DNA of 64,000 nt, taken from the IMG/VR virus record IMGVR_UViG_3300023108_000002. The stretch is one strand, 5' to 3'. Positions 7,591 to 16,190 of the stretch are shown here, in pieces. The position numbers were made by a program, and so were the translations under genes. This DNA comes from a virus. Taxonomy: Duplodnaviria; Caudoviricetes. Positions within the stretch are counted from its first letter, which is position 1, and every line of letters starts with the position of its first letter. Below the pieces are notes generated by a model. The model saw only the letters and a list, made by a program, of their open reading frames with translations. It was not told the DNA's origin and did not search any database.

Positions 7591-7764
7591 ATGGTCGATA
7601 AGTTAAAAGACTGGACTATGGCTAGAAAAAATGAAAGAACTACTTGGGATGGTATTCTTTTAGTAGTATTTGGAGTTTTATTGTTAATGGGAAGTCCATT
7701 AGTAAAACTCGCCGCATGGATAGCAATTCTTTGGGGCGTATGGACAATCTGGAAGTCAGAATAA
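7591..7764 (+). CDS. small membrane protein (57 aa, absent from the ORF track)
   Basis: AAGGAGG RBS; MVDKLKDWTMARKNERTTWDGILLVVFGVLLLMGSPLVKLAAWIAILWGVWTIWKSE. Confidence 0.8.
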   Translation: MVDKLKDWTMARKNERTTWDGILLVVFGVLLLMGSPLVKLAAWIAILWGVWTIWKSE

Positions 7765-7768
7765 AGTC

Positions 7769-7797
7769 TTGACATAACTTGTATTATAGCGTATACT
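7769..7797 (+). promoter_or_regulatory. sigma70-type promoter upstream of gp33
   Basis: TTGACA (7769-7774) -N17- TATACT (7792-7797). Confidence 0.7.
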
Positions 7798-7832
7798 GTA
7801 AAAATATACGCTATAATACGAAAGGAGATAGA

Positions 7833-8057
7833 ATGTTAAAATTAAAAAGTTCAAAAGAATTTTGTGATGAAATTGAAAAGAATGTAAGTGAAATGAAAAT
7901 GTCTTACATCGAAACAATCACGCATTACTGCGAAACTAATAATTTAGAAGTTGAAAATGTGACTCCACTTTTGAGTTCATTTATAAAAGAGAAAATCAAA
8001 TACGAAGCAGAGGGTTTAAACTTAGTCAGAAAATCGACTCAGCGGCTACCTTTATGA
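7833..8057 (+). CDS. gp33: late transcription accessory protein (T4 gp33-like)
   Basis: AAGGAG RBS before ATG 7833; F..EIE..V......YIE.I..YCE.N.LE.E....L....KEKIK.EA..LNL pattern; precedes gp59-gp32 as in T4. Confidence 0.85.
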   Translation: MLKLKSSKEFCDEIEKNVSEMKMSYIETITHYCETNNLEVENVTPLLSSFIKEKIKYEAEGLNLVRKSTQRLPL

Positions 8058-8737
8058 GATACATGTCTAGTAGAAAAATAGATGATTTTGAAGCCTTTAA
8101 GATATATTTGGCAATGAAGAATCATTTCGCTGGTAAGTTTGATTTTAAGAAGTATAATGGTAAAGTAAATACAAAAAAAGAAACATATCTGAATAGAAAA
8201 GATAAAAAAACTTTTGAAGAACTTTCTAAAAGATATGACAAAAAAACCTTAGAAGAATTTTTACTTTCAGTTTTTGTTAATGTTACTGATAGTGGAAATT
8301 TAGCAATACATAGAAATGAATATATGTATTCTAAAAATCTACTTGATAAAGAATCGATTGAGATCTATAAAAACTGGAAAAAAAGAATACATAGTATCAG
8401 ATACACTTTTAAATCGGATTGTGAAATTCTATTTTCTAGTGCATCAAATAAAGACTTAGAATTTCAAGATATTTTTAGGTCTTTAAAAGGACACTATCCT
8501 TTTATAGTACAACTGGAACAAAAAGGTGAAATTTGTTTAGAAACCTTAGTAATCTTTGAAAAGATTTTTGGTTTCTTGAAAAAAGTAAAGATTGATGATA
8601 CAACTTACTGGCCGGTTTATTGTAAGAAGATAGACAAGTACATGTCTTTTTTAGATGTGGAACTTGATTATTATGTTGGAGTTATAAAGACTCTTTTGAT
8701 TGAAGATTATTATGAAAATTATGGTAAATATATTTAA
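8054..8737 (+). CDS. gp59: helicase loader (T4 gp59-like)
   Basis: FEAFKIYLAMKNHF...DF.KY.GK, RKDK..F..L, I.LET; position between gp33 and gp32. Confidence 0.85.
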   Translation: MRYMSSRKIDDFEAFKIYLAMKNHFAGKFDFKKYNGKVNTKKETYLNRKDKKTFEELSKRYDKKTLEEFLLSVFVNVTDSGNLAIHRNEYMYSKNLLDKESIEIYKNWKKRIHSIRYTFKSDCEILFSSASNKDLEFQDIFRSLKGHYPFIVQLEQKGEICLETLVIFEKIFGFLKKVKIDDTTYWPVYCKKIDKYMSFLDVELDYYVGVIKTLLIEDYYENYGKYI

Positions 8738-8745
8738 TTTACATC

Positions 8746-8774
8746 TTGACATACAACGAATATTGAGTTATATT
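8746..8774 (+). promoter_or_regulatory. sigma70-type promoter upstream of gp32
   Basis: TTGACA (8746-8751) -N17- TATATT (8769-8774). Confidence 0.65.
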
Positions 8775-8820
8775 AGAAAAATAAACAAACGCATACAACG
8801 CATATTAAGGAGAAAAATAT

Positions 8821-9726
8821 ATGTCTTTTGCAGCATTAAAAAAGAATCGTACCAACTTTAGTAAACTTACAGAAGAGTTGGAAAAAACATCTCAACCACA
8901 ATCAAATACATCATCTGTAGATGATCGTTTTTGGAAACCAACTATTGATAAGTCTGGTAACAGTTATGCTGTTATTCGATTTCTTCCACCAACTGATGGT
9001 GAAGACCTTCCTTGGGTTCGAGTTTTCAATCATGGGTTCAAAGGCCCTGGCGGTTGGTTAATTGATAATTGTCTTACTACTATTGGAAAGCCATGTCCTG
9101 TTTGTGAAAGCAATACAGAACTTTGGGGAACTGGTTCTCAAGACAATCAAAATCTGGCTAGGGATCGTAAACGTAAACTGAAATATATGTCTAATATTTA
9201 CGTTGTTAAGGATCCAGCAAATCCAGAAAACGAAGGTAAAGTTTTCCTTTATTCTTTCGGTAAAAAAATCTTTGATAAACTGAACGATATCATGCGTCCA
9301 CAATTCGAAGATGAAGATCCAGTAAATCCATTTGATTTTTGGGAAGGTGCTAATTTTAAATTGAAGTATCGTACTGTTGATGGATATGGTAATTATGATA
9401 AATCTGAATTTGATCGCCAGTCTGCACTGTCAGAAGATGATGCAGAATTGGAATCAATTTATAATCAACAACACTCTTTAGAAGAGTTTGTAAGTCCTAG
9501 TAACTTTAAGTCTTATGAACAACTTAAAGAGCGTCTTGATAGAGTTCTTGGTAATACTGCTTCTATGACAAATGCAGATTATGATATGGATGAGTCAATC
9601 TCTGATACTCCAAGTTTTGCGAAACCTTCATTCAAGGAAGTACCAACACCAGAACTCGCTTCAGCATCTAGTGATGATGAAGATGATTCAATTTCATACT
9701 TCACACGTCTTGCTGAAGAAACTTAA
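8821..9726 (+). CDS. gp32: single-stranded DNA-binding protein (T4 gp32-like)
   Basis: DDRFWKP..DKSGN.YAVIRFLP, NCLTTIGKPCPVCE zinc site, FGKKIFDK, PFDFWEGANFKLK, acidic C-terminus. Confidence 0.96.
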   Translation: MSFAALKKNRTNFSKLTEELEKTSQPQSNTSSVDDRFWKPTIDKSGNSYAVIRFLPPTDGEDLPWVRVFNHGFKGPGGWLIDNCLTTIGKPCPVCESNTELWGTGSQDNQNLARDRKRKLKYMSNIYVVKDPANPENEGKVFLYSFGKKIFDKLNDIMRPQFEDEDPVNPFDFWEGANFKLKYRTVDGYGNYDKSEFDRQSALSEDDAELESIYNQQHSLEEFVSPSNFKSYEQLKERLDRVLGNTASMTNADYDMDESISDTPSFAKPSFKEVPTPELASASSDDEDDSISYFTRLAEET

Positions 9727-9798
9727 AGGGTATACTAGATAGAATATCCCTGATGGCAGAGTAAGCCTCGCATCGAAAAGACTAGGTACACCAGAGCG

Positions 9799-9831
9799 GA
9801 AGGTAGAGATTATATCTCTACCTTCTTTTTT
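9799..9831 (+). terminator. intrinsic terminator after gp32
   Basis: Perfect 12-bp stem GAAGGTAGAGAT/ATCTCTACCTTC followed by a T run. Confidence 0.85.
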
Positions 9832-9942
9832 ACATAACGGGCATTCTCAAATTTCATAGCTTAAACCCTTTTTTTTCTGCAATTGCAAACTACATAATAA
9901 TGTATCAGATACACACATTTATCACATTAGGAGAATAAAAAA

Positions 9943-10188
9943 ATGTTTGAGACATTTGTAAGATTATATTCAAATTGGCAAAATAGATACGAGGCTGCTC
10001 GTAGTAAAAAAATTACTATTGATGAGTTGAGTAAACTTAACGATAAAGATTTAGAAGATATTGGAATAAACAGAGGTGATATTCGTTTCATTGCAGATAA
10101 ACATTATAACGACATTAGAGAAGAATATTTCAGAGATATTAGAGCTAGAGCAGATATGATAAATTCTAATTTAAGAGGATGGGTATAA
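9943..10188 (+). CDS. DUF1127 (YjiS-like) small protein
   Basis: R...TIDELSKLNDKDLEDIGINRGDI matches the DUF1127 core (EL..L.D..L.DIG..R.DI); AGGAG RBS. Confidence 0.85.
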   Translation: MFETFVRLYSNWQNRYEAARSKKITIDELSKLNDKDLEDIGINRGDIRFIADKHYNDIREEYFRDIRARADMINSNLRGWV

Positions 10189-10373
10189 TGACAGATACTT
10201 TATTTCATTTAAGAAATGAGATGTCCTCTATGGCGTCTAGTGTTTGGTCTGGGTTTTATAAATTCTGTGAAATTTCTGGTTATGCAAGAGCAGCATCAGC
10301 ACTAGCCAGACAGGGATTGCACGAAGAAGCAAAAGCTTGCATGATGCAAGCGAAAAAACTGCGTACTAATTAA
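10188..10373 (+). CDS. hypothetical small protein coupled to DUF1127
   Basis: TAATG overlap with the DUF1127 stop; GYARAASALARQG motif. Confidence 0.75.
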   Translation: MTDTLFHLRNEMSSMASSVWSGFYKFCEISGYARAASALARQGLHEEAKACMMQAKKLRTN

Positions 10374-13082
10374 TTAGAATGCTCCATGTAAACCTCTGGT
10401 CGCATCTCTGATTGCTTGGTCAGTGTGTCTGACTTCTGGCTTCTGTACTGCTGTAGTTGTATTGTTATTGACTACATTATTTGTAGTTGATTGCGGAGCA
10501 ACAACTACATTTGCAGCACCGCCTGCAGGGCCCGCTGAATCTAGTGCATTTGTATTCATAAATTCACTTGCTGCAAGTTTTTGTTGAGCAGAGTTTAATT
10601 CATTGGCAGATGTATTGGAAACGTCTGTAGTTAAGCCCGATGCGTTTAGAGTGTTTGTTGGTGTTATGTCTTGAATAGCTGAAAGCTTTTCTCTTTCTGC
10701 ATTCAAAAGTTCTGTTGTTTTATTCACTCGAATTTGACGTGCTTCTTTCACTGGATCGGGTCCTCTTTTGGGACTTTTTGTGTTGTCCAATGCTGCTTGT
10801 TCTTTTGCTAGTGTACTTTCCAATCTCTTTATGTTTTCTTCAATTTTCGCTTTTTCTTTTGCTTGTAGTATTTGGTTTTGTTTTTCGATATTATTTTCTG
10901 CTCCAGAAATCATTTCTTTTGCTAATTGAGTCAGTTCGTCTGTTCTTTGTTTAAAGAGTTCTGGATTTGTTGTAGAATCTGTATCAAATGGGCGCGGATT
11001 TTCTGGGGTGCGATACATATCATTATAAGTATCTCTTACCATCAATCCAATATCCAATGGAGCTCCCGCTAAGCTTGGTAAAAATATTCCAGCACCTTCG
11101 GCTGCAGCCCCGGCGAAATCTCCCTCAAACAATCTTCCTAATGCAAAAATTCCTCCAGCAGCAATTCCAAGAGCAGGTATTGCTTTTACTGCAACGCCTG
11201 CTGCATTTTTTGCCAGAATTTTCATTGCTAGTTTTTTATCGATTGATGATGCTACTTTTGCTACACTACCTGTTTGGTTTCCGGCCGCACTGGCAGCACT
11301 ATCGATTGCACTAACGACACCTCTATTGTTGCTCGCAATTATTTTTCTTGCCTCTTCTAATCCACCATCTCCCGCTCTTGGTGCTGCAGATGGTTTTGAT
11401 ATGGCCGGATCGACTTTTGTATTGACGCCATCCGACACTGCGACTTTTATATCGTTATTCTGGCGCAATCTCACTCGTTCATCGTTTATTAGGTCAGTCT
11501 GAGTTTTTCTTTGGTCAAATTTCTTAATTTCGGCATCTTGTGCTTTTTTTGCCAACGCCTCTCTTTCTAATCTTCGAAACTCTAAATCGGCCCGCTGTCT
11601 TTGTTTCATTTTTTCAATTTCTGCCTGTTGTTTCGCTTTTGCTCTTTTCTCTGCTTCTGCATCGGCGTCAGTTTTTTTCGTATTATCGGCGTCAGTTTTT
11701 TTCGTATTATCGGCGTCAGTTTTTTTCGTATTATCGACGTTGTCAACATTAGGTTCTGGTAAATCGGGTGCTCTAAACATTGATGTAAGTAGAGATCCGC
11801 CACCAATCGCAGCAGTCAATGCTAAAAGACCTTTTCCTAATTTTCCTCTAGTCAGTGCTTTTGTTAAATTTTTCAATCCGCCTAAAAGGCCTTTTCCCTT
11901 TCCTTTTCCTTTTCCTCCGAAAAGATTTCCTAAAAAAGAGCCCCCTGCAACTGCGCCAAAGAGATCAACTCCACTTCCATCTCCATCGCCGCCGGGCCCA
12001 GGCCCACCGCTTTCAGCAATCTCTTTGTTGGTTTTTGCAAGTGCTTGTAATGCTTTCAGTTGTGCAAGTTCTATTTGTTGATCTTTTTTTCTTTCTCTTC
12101 TGAGTTCTCTCTGTTCTTCTATTTCTAATGATGTTGGATTACCATCATTATCTTTCATCCATTGTAGGAGATCTCTTATTTCTGCTAGATATGGTTCATT
12201 AGGCCCAAGTTTTGTATCTATTTCATCAAGTGCATCTTTATTTCCTGTGAGTTTATCTTCTATTCCAGAATTATCTACAGGTTCTGGTTTATTCTCTGGT
12301 TGTGATACTGAAGGTTCACCATCTAATCCAAATTTTGACTTGAGTGCTTCAATCTCATCCAGTTCTGCTTTTTTAATTTCTCTATCTTGTTTGTCTGCTT
12401 GTGCTTTTCTAATGATGTTGTCTTTGATTTCATTTATGACTTCATCTTCAGATACGCCTCTACGTCTTGCCTCTTCTTGGATTTTTTCTTGATCCATATT
12501 AGAACGAGCAATCGCATCTTCGTTTGATATTTGGGTTCGTAGTACTTCGAATTCTTTTTTCTCTAGAGCTCTTTGTGCTGCAATTCTTTCTTCTCTTTGT
12601 GCATTTTCTTCTTTAGCAGCTTTGCGTCTTTCTCTGAATTGTTTTACTCTTTGTCCAATAAAACTTGCTCCCATTGCGAGAAGTGGACTTTGTGATAATG
12701 CTCCCGTTACAAGGCCTCCTATTCCATCAAGACTTCCTTTGACAGTATCAGATACTAAATCTTTGACGCCTGCTTTAAATCCAGCATTTTCTTTGATGCT
12801 TGCTTGAGAATTTTGAAGAACTTGTTCTAAGATTTGTCTTTCTCTATTAGAAACACCTTCCATATTTTCAAGTGTTGCACTTAATGCATCAATTCTTTTT
12901 CTAGTTTCCGTGAATTGTTTTACAGAAACATCTGATTGTTGTTCAAAAATAGAACCTATTTCATTCAATGCCTGTCTTGCACCGGCAGACTGAAGAGAAG
13001 CGCTCGCGTCTTTTACAGACTTCGCGAGCTCTTCTTGATTTTGTTTTACTAATTTTTCAGTTACTGATGCAAGATCTGCCAT
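10374..13082 (-). CDS. tape-measure / baseplate hub protein (T4 gp29-like position)
   Basis: 902 aa, long helical/coiled-coil segments, Gly/Ala-rich hydrophobic blocks, C-terminal NVVVAPQSTTNNV-type tail; downstream of gp26/gp51. Confidence 0.7.
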   Translation of the reverse strand: MADLASVTEKLVKQNQEELAKSVKDASASLQSAGARQALNEIGSIFEQQSDVSVKQFTETRKRIDALSATLENMEGVSNRERQILEQVLQNSQASIKENAGFKAGVKDLVSDTVKGSLDGIGGLVTGALSQSPLLAMGASFIGQRVKQFRERRKAAKEENAQREERIAAQRALEKKEFEVLRTQISNEDAIARSNMDQEKIQEEARRRGVSEDEVINEIKDNIIRKAQADKQDREIKKAELDEIEALKSKFGLDGEPSVSQPENKPEPVDNSGIEDKLTGNKDALDEIDTKLGPNEPYLAEIRDLLQWMKDNDGNPTSLEIEEQRELRRERKKDQQIELAQLKALQALAKTNKEIAESGGPGPGGDGDGSGVDLFGAVAGGSFLGNLFGGKGKGKGKGLLGGLKNLTKALTRGKLGKGLLALTAAIGGGSLLTSMFRAPDLPEPNVDNVDNTKKTDADNTKKTDADNTKKTDADAEAEKRAKAKQQAEIEKMKQRQRADLEFRRLEREALAKKAQDAEIKKFDQRKTQTDLINDERVRLRQNNDIKVAVSDGVNTKVDPAISKPSAAPRAGDGGLEEARKIIASNNRGVVSAIDSAASAAGNQTGSVAKVASSIDKKLAMKILAKNAAGVAVKAIPALGIAAGGIFALGRLFEGDFAGAAAEGAGIFLPSLAGAPLDIGLMVRDTYNDMYRTPENPRPFDTDSTTNPELFKQRTDELTQLAKEMISGAENNIEKQNQILQAKEKAKIEENIKRLESTLAKEQAALDNTKSPKRGPDPVKEARQIRVNKTTELLNAEREKLSAIQDITPTNTLNASGLTTDVSNTSANELNSAQQKLAASEFMNTNALDSAGPAGGAANVVVAPQSTTNNVVNNNTTTAVQKPEVRHTDQAIRDATRGLHGAF
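11661..11732. repeat. 3 x 24-nt perfect tandem repeat (encodes DNTKKTDA on the minus strand)
   Basis: ATCGGCGTCAGTTTTTTTCGTATT x3. Confidence 0.95.
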
Positions 13083-13384
13083 TATTTTCTACTCATGTAA
13101 GCTTGAGCACCAAAATAAAAACCAACAATAGATGCCTGTGCAATATAAAATAATCCGAATAAATCAGATAAAGCATTTACTCTAGAGTCTGATAAAACTG
13201 GTGTGAATAATACAATAGTAAAAATTAACATAGAAGCCAAAGATATCCAACTCATTTTCTTTTGAGTCTCTGCCTTTTCTTCGGCTCTTTCTATTTCAAG
13301 CATTTCTTTTTTCAATGCGATTTCTTCTTGACTCACTTTTCCATCTCCATGTAGGTCAAAATTAATTTCCTCTGCTGGTGCCAT
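13082..13384 (-). CDS. membrane protein (2 TM) with EF-hand-like N-terminal loop
   Basis: DLHGDGKVSQEE loop; two hydrophobic helices ending ASIVGFYFG. Confidence 0.75.
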   Translation of the reverse strand: MAPAEEINFDLHGDGKVSQEEIALKKEMLEIERAEEKAETQKKMSWISLASMLIFTIVLFTPVLSDSRVNALSDLFGLFYIAQASIVGFYFGAQAYMSRK

Positions 13385-13393
13385 TTGATTTCC

Positions 13394-13624
13394 TTATTGA
13401 TTTTGTTCTCTTCGTTTCTTTTCTTCGTTTAAATAATTAATCAATAAATTAAGATAGATTTCTCTTTCCCACGGAATCATATTTTCCAATTCACTCAAAC
13501 TATATTTATGATGATGCATTAACGCAAAGTTATTCCTATACAAAGACGCGAGGGATTCATGATTTAAGGTTAGGAAAAAAAATCGGAAATGCCTCTTACT
13601 TTCATTTCTTTTTGAAATCCACAC
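13394..13624 (-). CDS. gp51: baseplate hub assembly protein gp51-like; may be expressed as a -1 frameshift extension of gp26
   Basis: NFALMHHHKYSLSELENMIPWEREIY motif; no convincing own start before the conserved region. Confidence 0.75.
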   Translation of the reverse strand: MWISKRNESKRHFRFFFLTLNHESLASLYRNNFALMHHHKYSLSELENMIPWEREIYLNLLINYLNEEKKRREQNQ

Positions 13625-14295
13625 TTAGGACATCTAATATTCACTTCACATACTGTTTCTGGCATATTTTCAAAGAAGTCATTTATTAAATCTAATTGTT
13701 TTTGTGTCAGATTTTCAATAAACTCCGATACTTCTTCAATAGTATAATCTGAAACATTGTGCATATCATCTGCATCCCAGATAAATTCTACGCAACTTGC
13801 AATTAATTTCACCAAATCATCATAATCTTCTGCTGATAAAAGCCTATTTAATGTTTCAAAATCAGGATATTTCATTATAAGACCAATTTCATCTGTTAGT
13901 TCTATTTTATTTGAATATCCTTCTTGTTCTGTGTTGACTCTAACTTGGTCTAAGTCAAGCAAAAAAGGTAATTGACAATCCCCTGGCCCGTTTTCCTTTT
14001 CTGAACAATTTTCTTTTTTATAATTCAAATTAATAATATTTCCAACAGATTTTGATCTGAGTTGAATGAATAGATATTCTATATCAAATGTAGATAATTT
14101 TTCTACATCAATATCATTTAATACGCAATTTCTTATTATTTGTTTAACTGCATCAATTTTTTCTTCTACTGTCTCTCCTTCTTGAGCCATCAAAAGAATT
14201 TTCTCTTCTTTGACCAGAAATGGCCTATATCTTATTTTTTTATTTGTCGATGGCAACTTCAATTCATAAGTTGGTGTATCAATTTTTGGTAACAT
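13570..14295 (-). CDS. gp26: baseplate hub subunit / assembly protein gp26-like
   Basis: LPKIDTPTYEL.LPS..K.I.YRPFLVKEEKILLMA, FDIEYLF.QLRSKSVG, MKYP, FFE.MP, C-terminal CPKC...GISDFF. Confidence 0.9.
   Translation of the reverse strand: MLPKIDTPTYELKLPSTNKKIRYRPFLVKEEKILLMAQEGETVEEKIDAVKQIIRNCVLNDIDVEKLSTFDIEYLFIQLRSKSVGNIINLNYKKENCSEKENGPGDCQLPFLLDLDQVRVNTEQEGYSNKIELTDEIGLIMKYPDFETLNRLLSAEDYDDLVKLIASCVEFIWDADDMHNVSDYTIEEVSEFIENLTQKQLDLINDFFENMPETVCEVNIRCPKCGFQKEMKVRGISDFFS
13576..13582 (-). other. candidate -1 ribosomal frameshift slippery heptamer T TTT TTT
   Basis: Minus strand GAT TTT TTT TCC TAA at the gp26 end; the -1 frame is the gp51-like frame. Confidence 0.6.
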
Positions 14296-14317
14296 AATTT
14301 CCTCACAAAATTAATTA

Positions 14318-15112
14318 TTAAAATGGTATTCTAAAAGATGAACGTAAATTTGAAATTCTATTATTTATTTGGTTTTGTGTAGCTTGAAATCTCTGACTTA
14401 CTTGGGACTGTAAGTTGGTAACTTGTCCTTGAATATTGTTACCTACAGTATTACGAAATTCTCCGACATAATCTCTCCCGGCCCTTTCAGCCAATTGGTC
14501 GAGTGTCGCAAATGGTAGTGAGCTCACTGGAGAATTTGCTGGGTATCCAGATGAAAATTGCCCCGTTTCTGTTGTTCTATTCTCCAAAACCGTTTCTGAA
14601 CTATATTTTAGATATGACATGGTAATTTGGCATTGTGCAACATCATCATTTCCATATGCAAATGAAACCTCTCCTATTGATAATGGAAATGCGTCTTGAA
14701 ACTCATGCACACTCATAAGAACATCTTTTTCATTGAAAACTAGCAATCTAAGTTTTCCATTATATTCTGTTGAATATCTTATTTTATGGTCTTGATAATC
14801 GATAACATAATGCATCCAGTTTTCAAACCATTCTCTCTCTTTTAGTCCTTCGCTCAAATAAATACTAAAAGTCAATTGGTCATATGTGGTGGAATATGGT
14901 GCTTGTCTTACAGGCCCATATACTTTTGTCTCTGTTGTTGCTAATGATTTTTGCGGAAGAGTTATGGATGGAACTCTAAATCTCAGATCTTGAGATCCCA
15001 TTTCTCTAATGTTATTTACTGCAATAGGAGGATGAACAAACAATTCATATCTATTTGCTTTTGTAAATCCAAGTTTTCCTACATTACTTATGAATTCAGA
15101 TATTGAGGCCAT
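14318..15112 (-). CDS. gp54: baseplate tail-tube initiator (T4 gp54-like, tube-protein fold)
   Basis: G.TKANRYE, LP.KSL.T......GP.R..PY...Y..LTFS, F..AFP.SIG.V.F.YG. Confidence 0.75.
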   Translation of the reverse strand: MASISEFISNVGKLGFTKANRYELFVHPPIAVNNIREMGSQDLRFRVPSITLPQKSLATTETKVYGPVRQAPYSTTYDQLTFSIYLSEGLKEREWFENWMHYVIDYQDHKIRYSTEYNGKLRLLVFNEKDVLMSVHEFQDAFPLSIGEVSFAYGNDDVAQCQITMSYLKYSSETVLENRTTETGQFSSGYPANSPVSSLPFATLDQLAERAGRDYVGEFRNTVGNNIQGQVTNLQSQVSQRFQATQNQINNRISNLRSSFRIPF

Positions 15113-15120
15113 TTATCTTC

Positions 15121-15696
15121 CTATCTTGCCTTAGCAGAATCTGACCAAACTTTTGATGCAGCTGCTTTTTTAAATTTTTGTACTGGTAAAAACAGAGCAA
15201 TGTCCCATTCATTTGCGTCTATTTTTACAAAGTTACCTTTTACATGTGTATATAGATATTTCTTCACACACGGTTTTATCATGTTATATTTAGACAAACC
15301 TTTTAGGACATTATAAGAAATTGCCAATTTTGTTTTGGCATCATAATTCTTTCCTTGAACTGTTCTGGTTAAAGCATCCATGATTACAATTCTGTTTCTT
15401 GGAGAAACATAATGAAGATTGATTCCCACAAATCCGCCAGGAATTTTATCTATCATGAATATGAGAGGAAATTCGTCATAGTAAGGTAATTTTTTTGCAT
15501 ATTTTGGGTCATAGTAATAGCAATACATTGAACCAATCTGTGGTCCGCTGACTTTTCTGTCAGATGCATTTGCTAGTGTGTTTCTACTAATCCTAGTTTC
15601 TCTAACCTTTTTTCGAAACCATTCTCTTGCTTTGTTTGTATTTGGTGTAATACCCTGAGCGGCAAGTCTATTTAATAGTGGTGCAAAATTTGCCAT
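15121..15696 (-). CDS. gp2: DNA end protector protein (T4 gp2-like)
   Basis: WFRKK, G.MY.Y.YDPKY..KLPYYD.FPL, GINLHY.SP..R, KPC.K.YL..HV, EW..A.FLP..KF. Confidence 0.92.
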   Translation of the reverse strand: MANFAPLLNRLAAQGITPNTNKAREWFRKKVRETRISRNTLANASDRKVSGPQIGSMYCYYYDPKYAKKLPYYDEFPLIFMIDKIPGGFVGINLHYVSPRNRIVIMDALTRTVQGKNYDAKTKLAISYNVLKGLSKYNMIKPCVKKYLYTHVKGNFVKIDANEWDIALFLPVQKFKKAAASKVWSDSAKAR

Positions 15697-15697
15697 G

Positions 15698-16138
15698 TTA
15701 TCTTCCTAACTGATCTTCTGTCATAATTTTAAATTCCCAACTTCTGTCTTTACAGAATTCTTCTGCGGCTTTCCATTTTGCTTCATTTACAGACCAAGTT
15801 TTCATTTCGCTCAAATATCTAGGTGTAATTTTTTGTCTTTTTCTGGGTGCCTTGGTTTCTTTTTTGGGTTTTACTTCTACTATAATTGTTTTTGGCTTTC
15901 CTTCTCTATTCACCTTAACTAGAAAGTCAGGATAATATCTATGTACTTTTTTATCTAAAGGAGATAAATAAGGAATAACTAGTTCTTCACTAGACCAAAT
16001 TAAAACATCAGGATTTTCATCACAATACTTCATGAATCGTCTTTCCCACATAGAACGATACACAATATTTTTTACATTCCCAACGTATTTTTGTGGGTTA
16101 TTTGGGTTGTATTTTCCTTTATATGTAAATCTTCTCAT
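15698..16138 (-). CDS. gp4: head completion protein / nuclease (T4 gp4-like)
   Basis: Y.GKY.P.NP.KY.G....IVYRS.WE..FM.YCD, WSSEE..IPY, HRYYPDF, EVKP, VN.AKW.AA. Confidence 0.93.
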   Translation of the reverse strand: MRRFTYKGKYNPNNPQKYVGNVKNIVYRSMWERRFMKYCDENPDVLIWSSEELVIPYLSPLDKKVHRYYPDFLVKVNREGKPKTIIVEVKPKKETKAPRKRQKITPRYLSEMKTWSVNEAKWKAAEEFCKDRSWEFKIMTEDQLGR

Positions 16139-16156
16139 TTAGATGAAAAAAACCTT

Positions 16157-16164
16157 TATAAATA
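16157..16164 (+). promoter_or_regulatory. T4 late promoter in the divergent gp4/gp48 gap
   Basis: TATAAATA 26 nt before the gp48 ATG, followed by an AGGAG RBS. Confidence 0.8.
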
Positions 16165-16190
16165 TATTTAACTATTTAGGAGAAAAATAG

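Noticed and set aside
8751-8820. T4-style gp32 autoregulatory leader (short ATACAACG/AACGCATA repeats)
   Set aside because: A-rich unstructured leader is compatible, but no pseudoknot could be identified, so it is too weak to call
9749-9778. Hammerhead-like CTGATG...GAAA core after gp32
   Set aside because: CUGAUGG replaces CUGAnGA, and the bases that should close stem II do not pair
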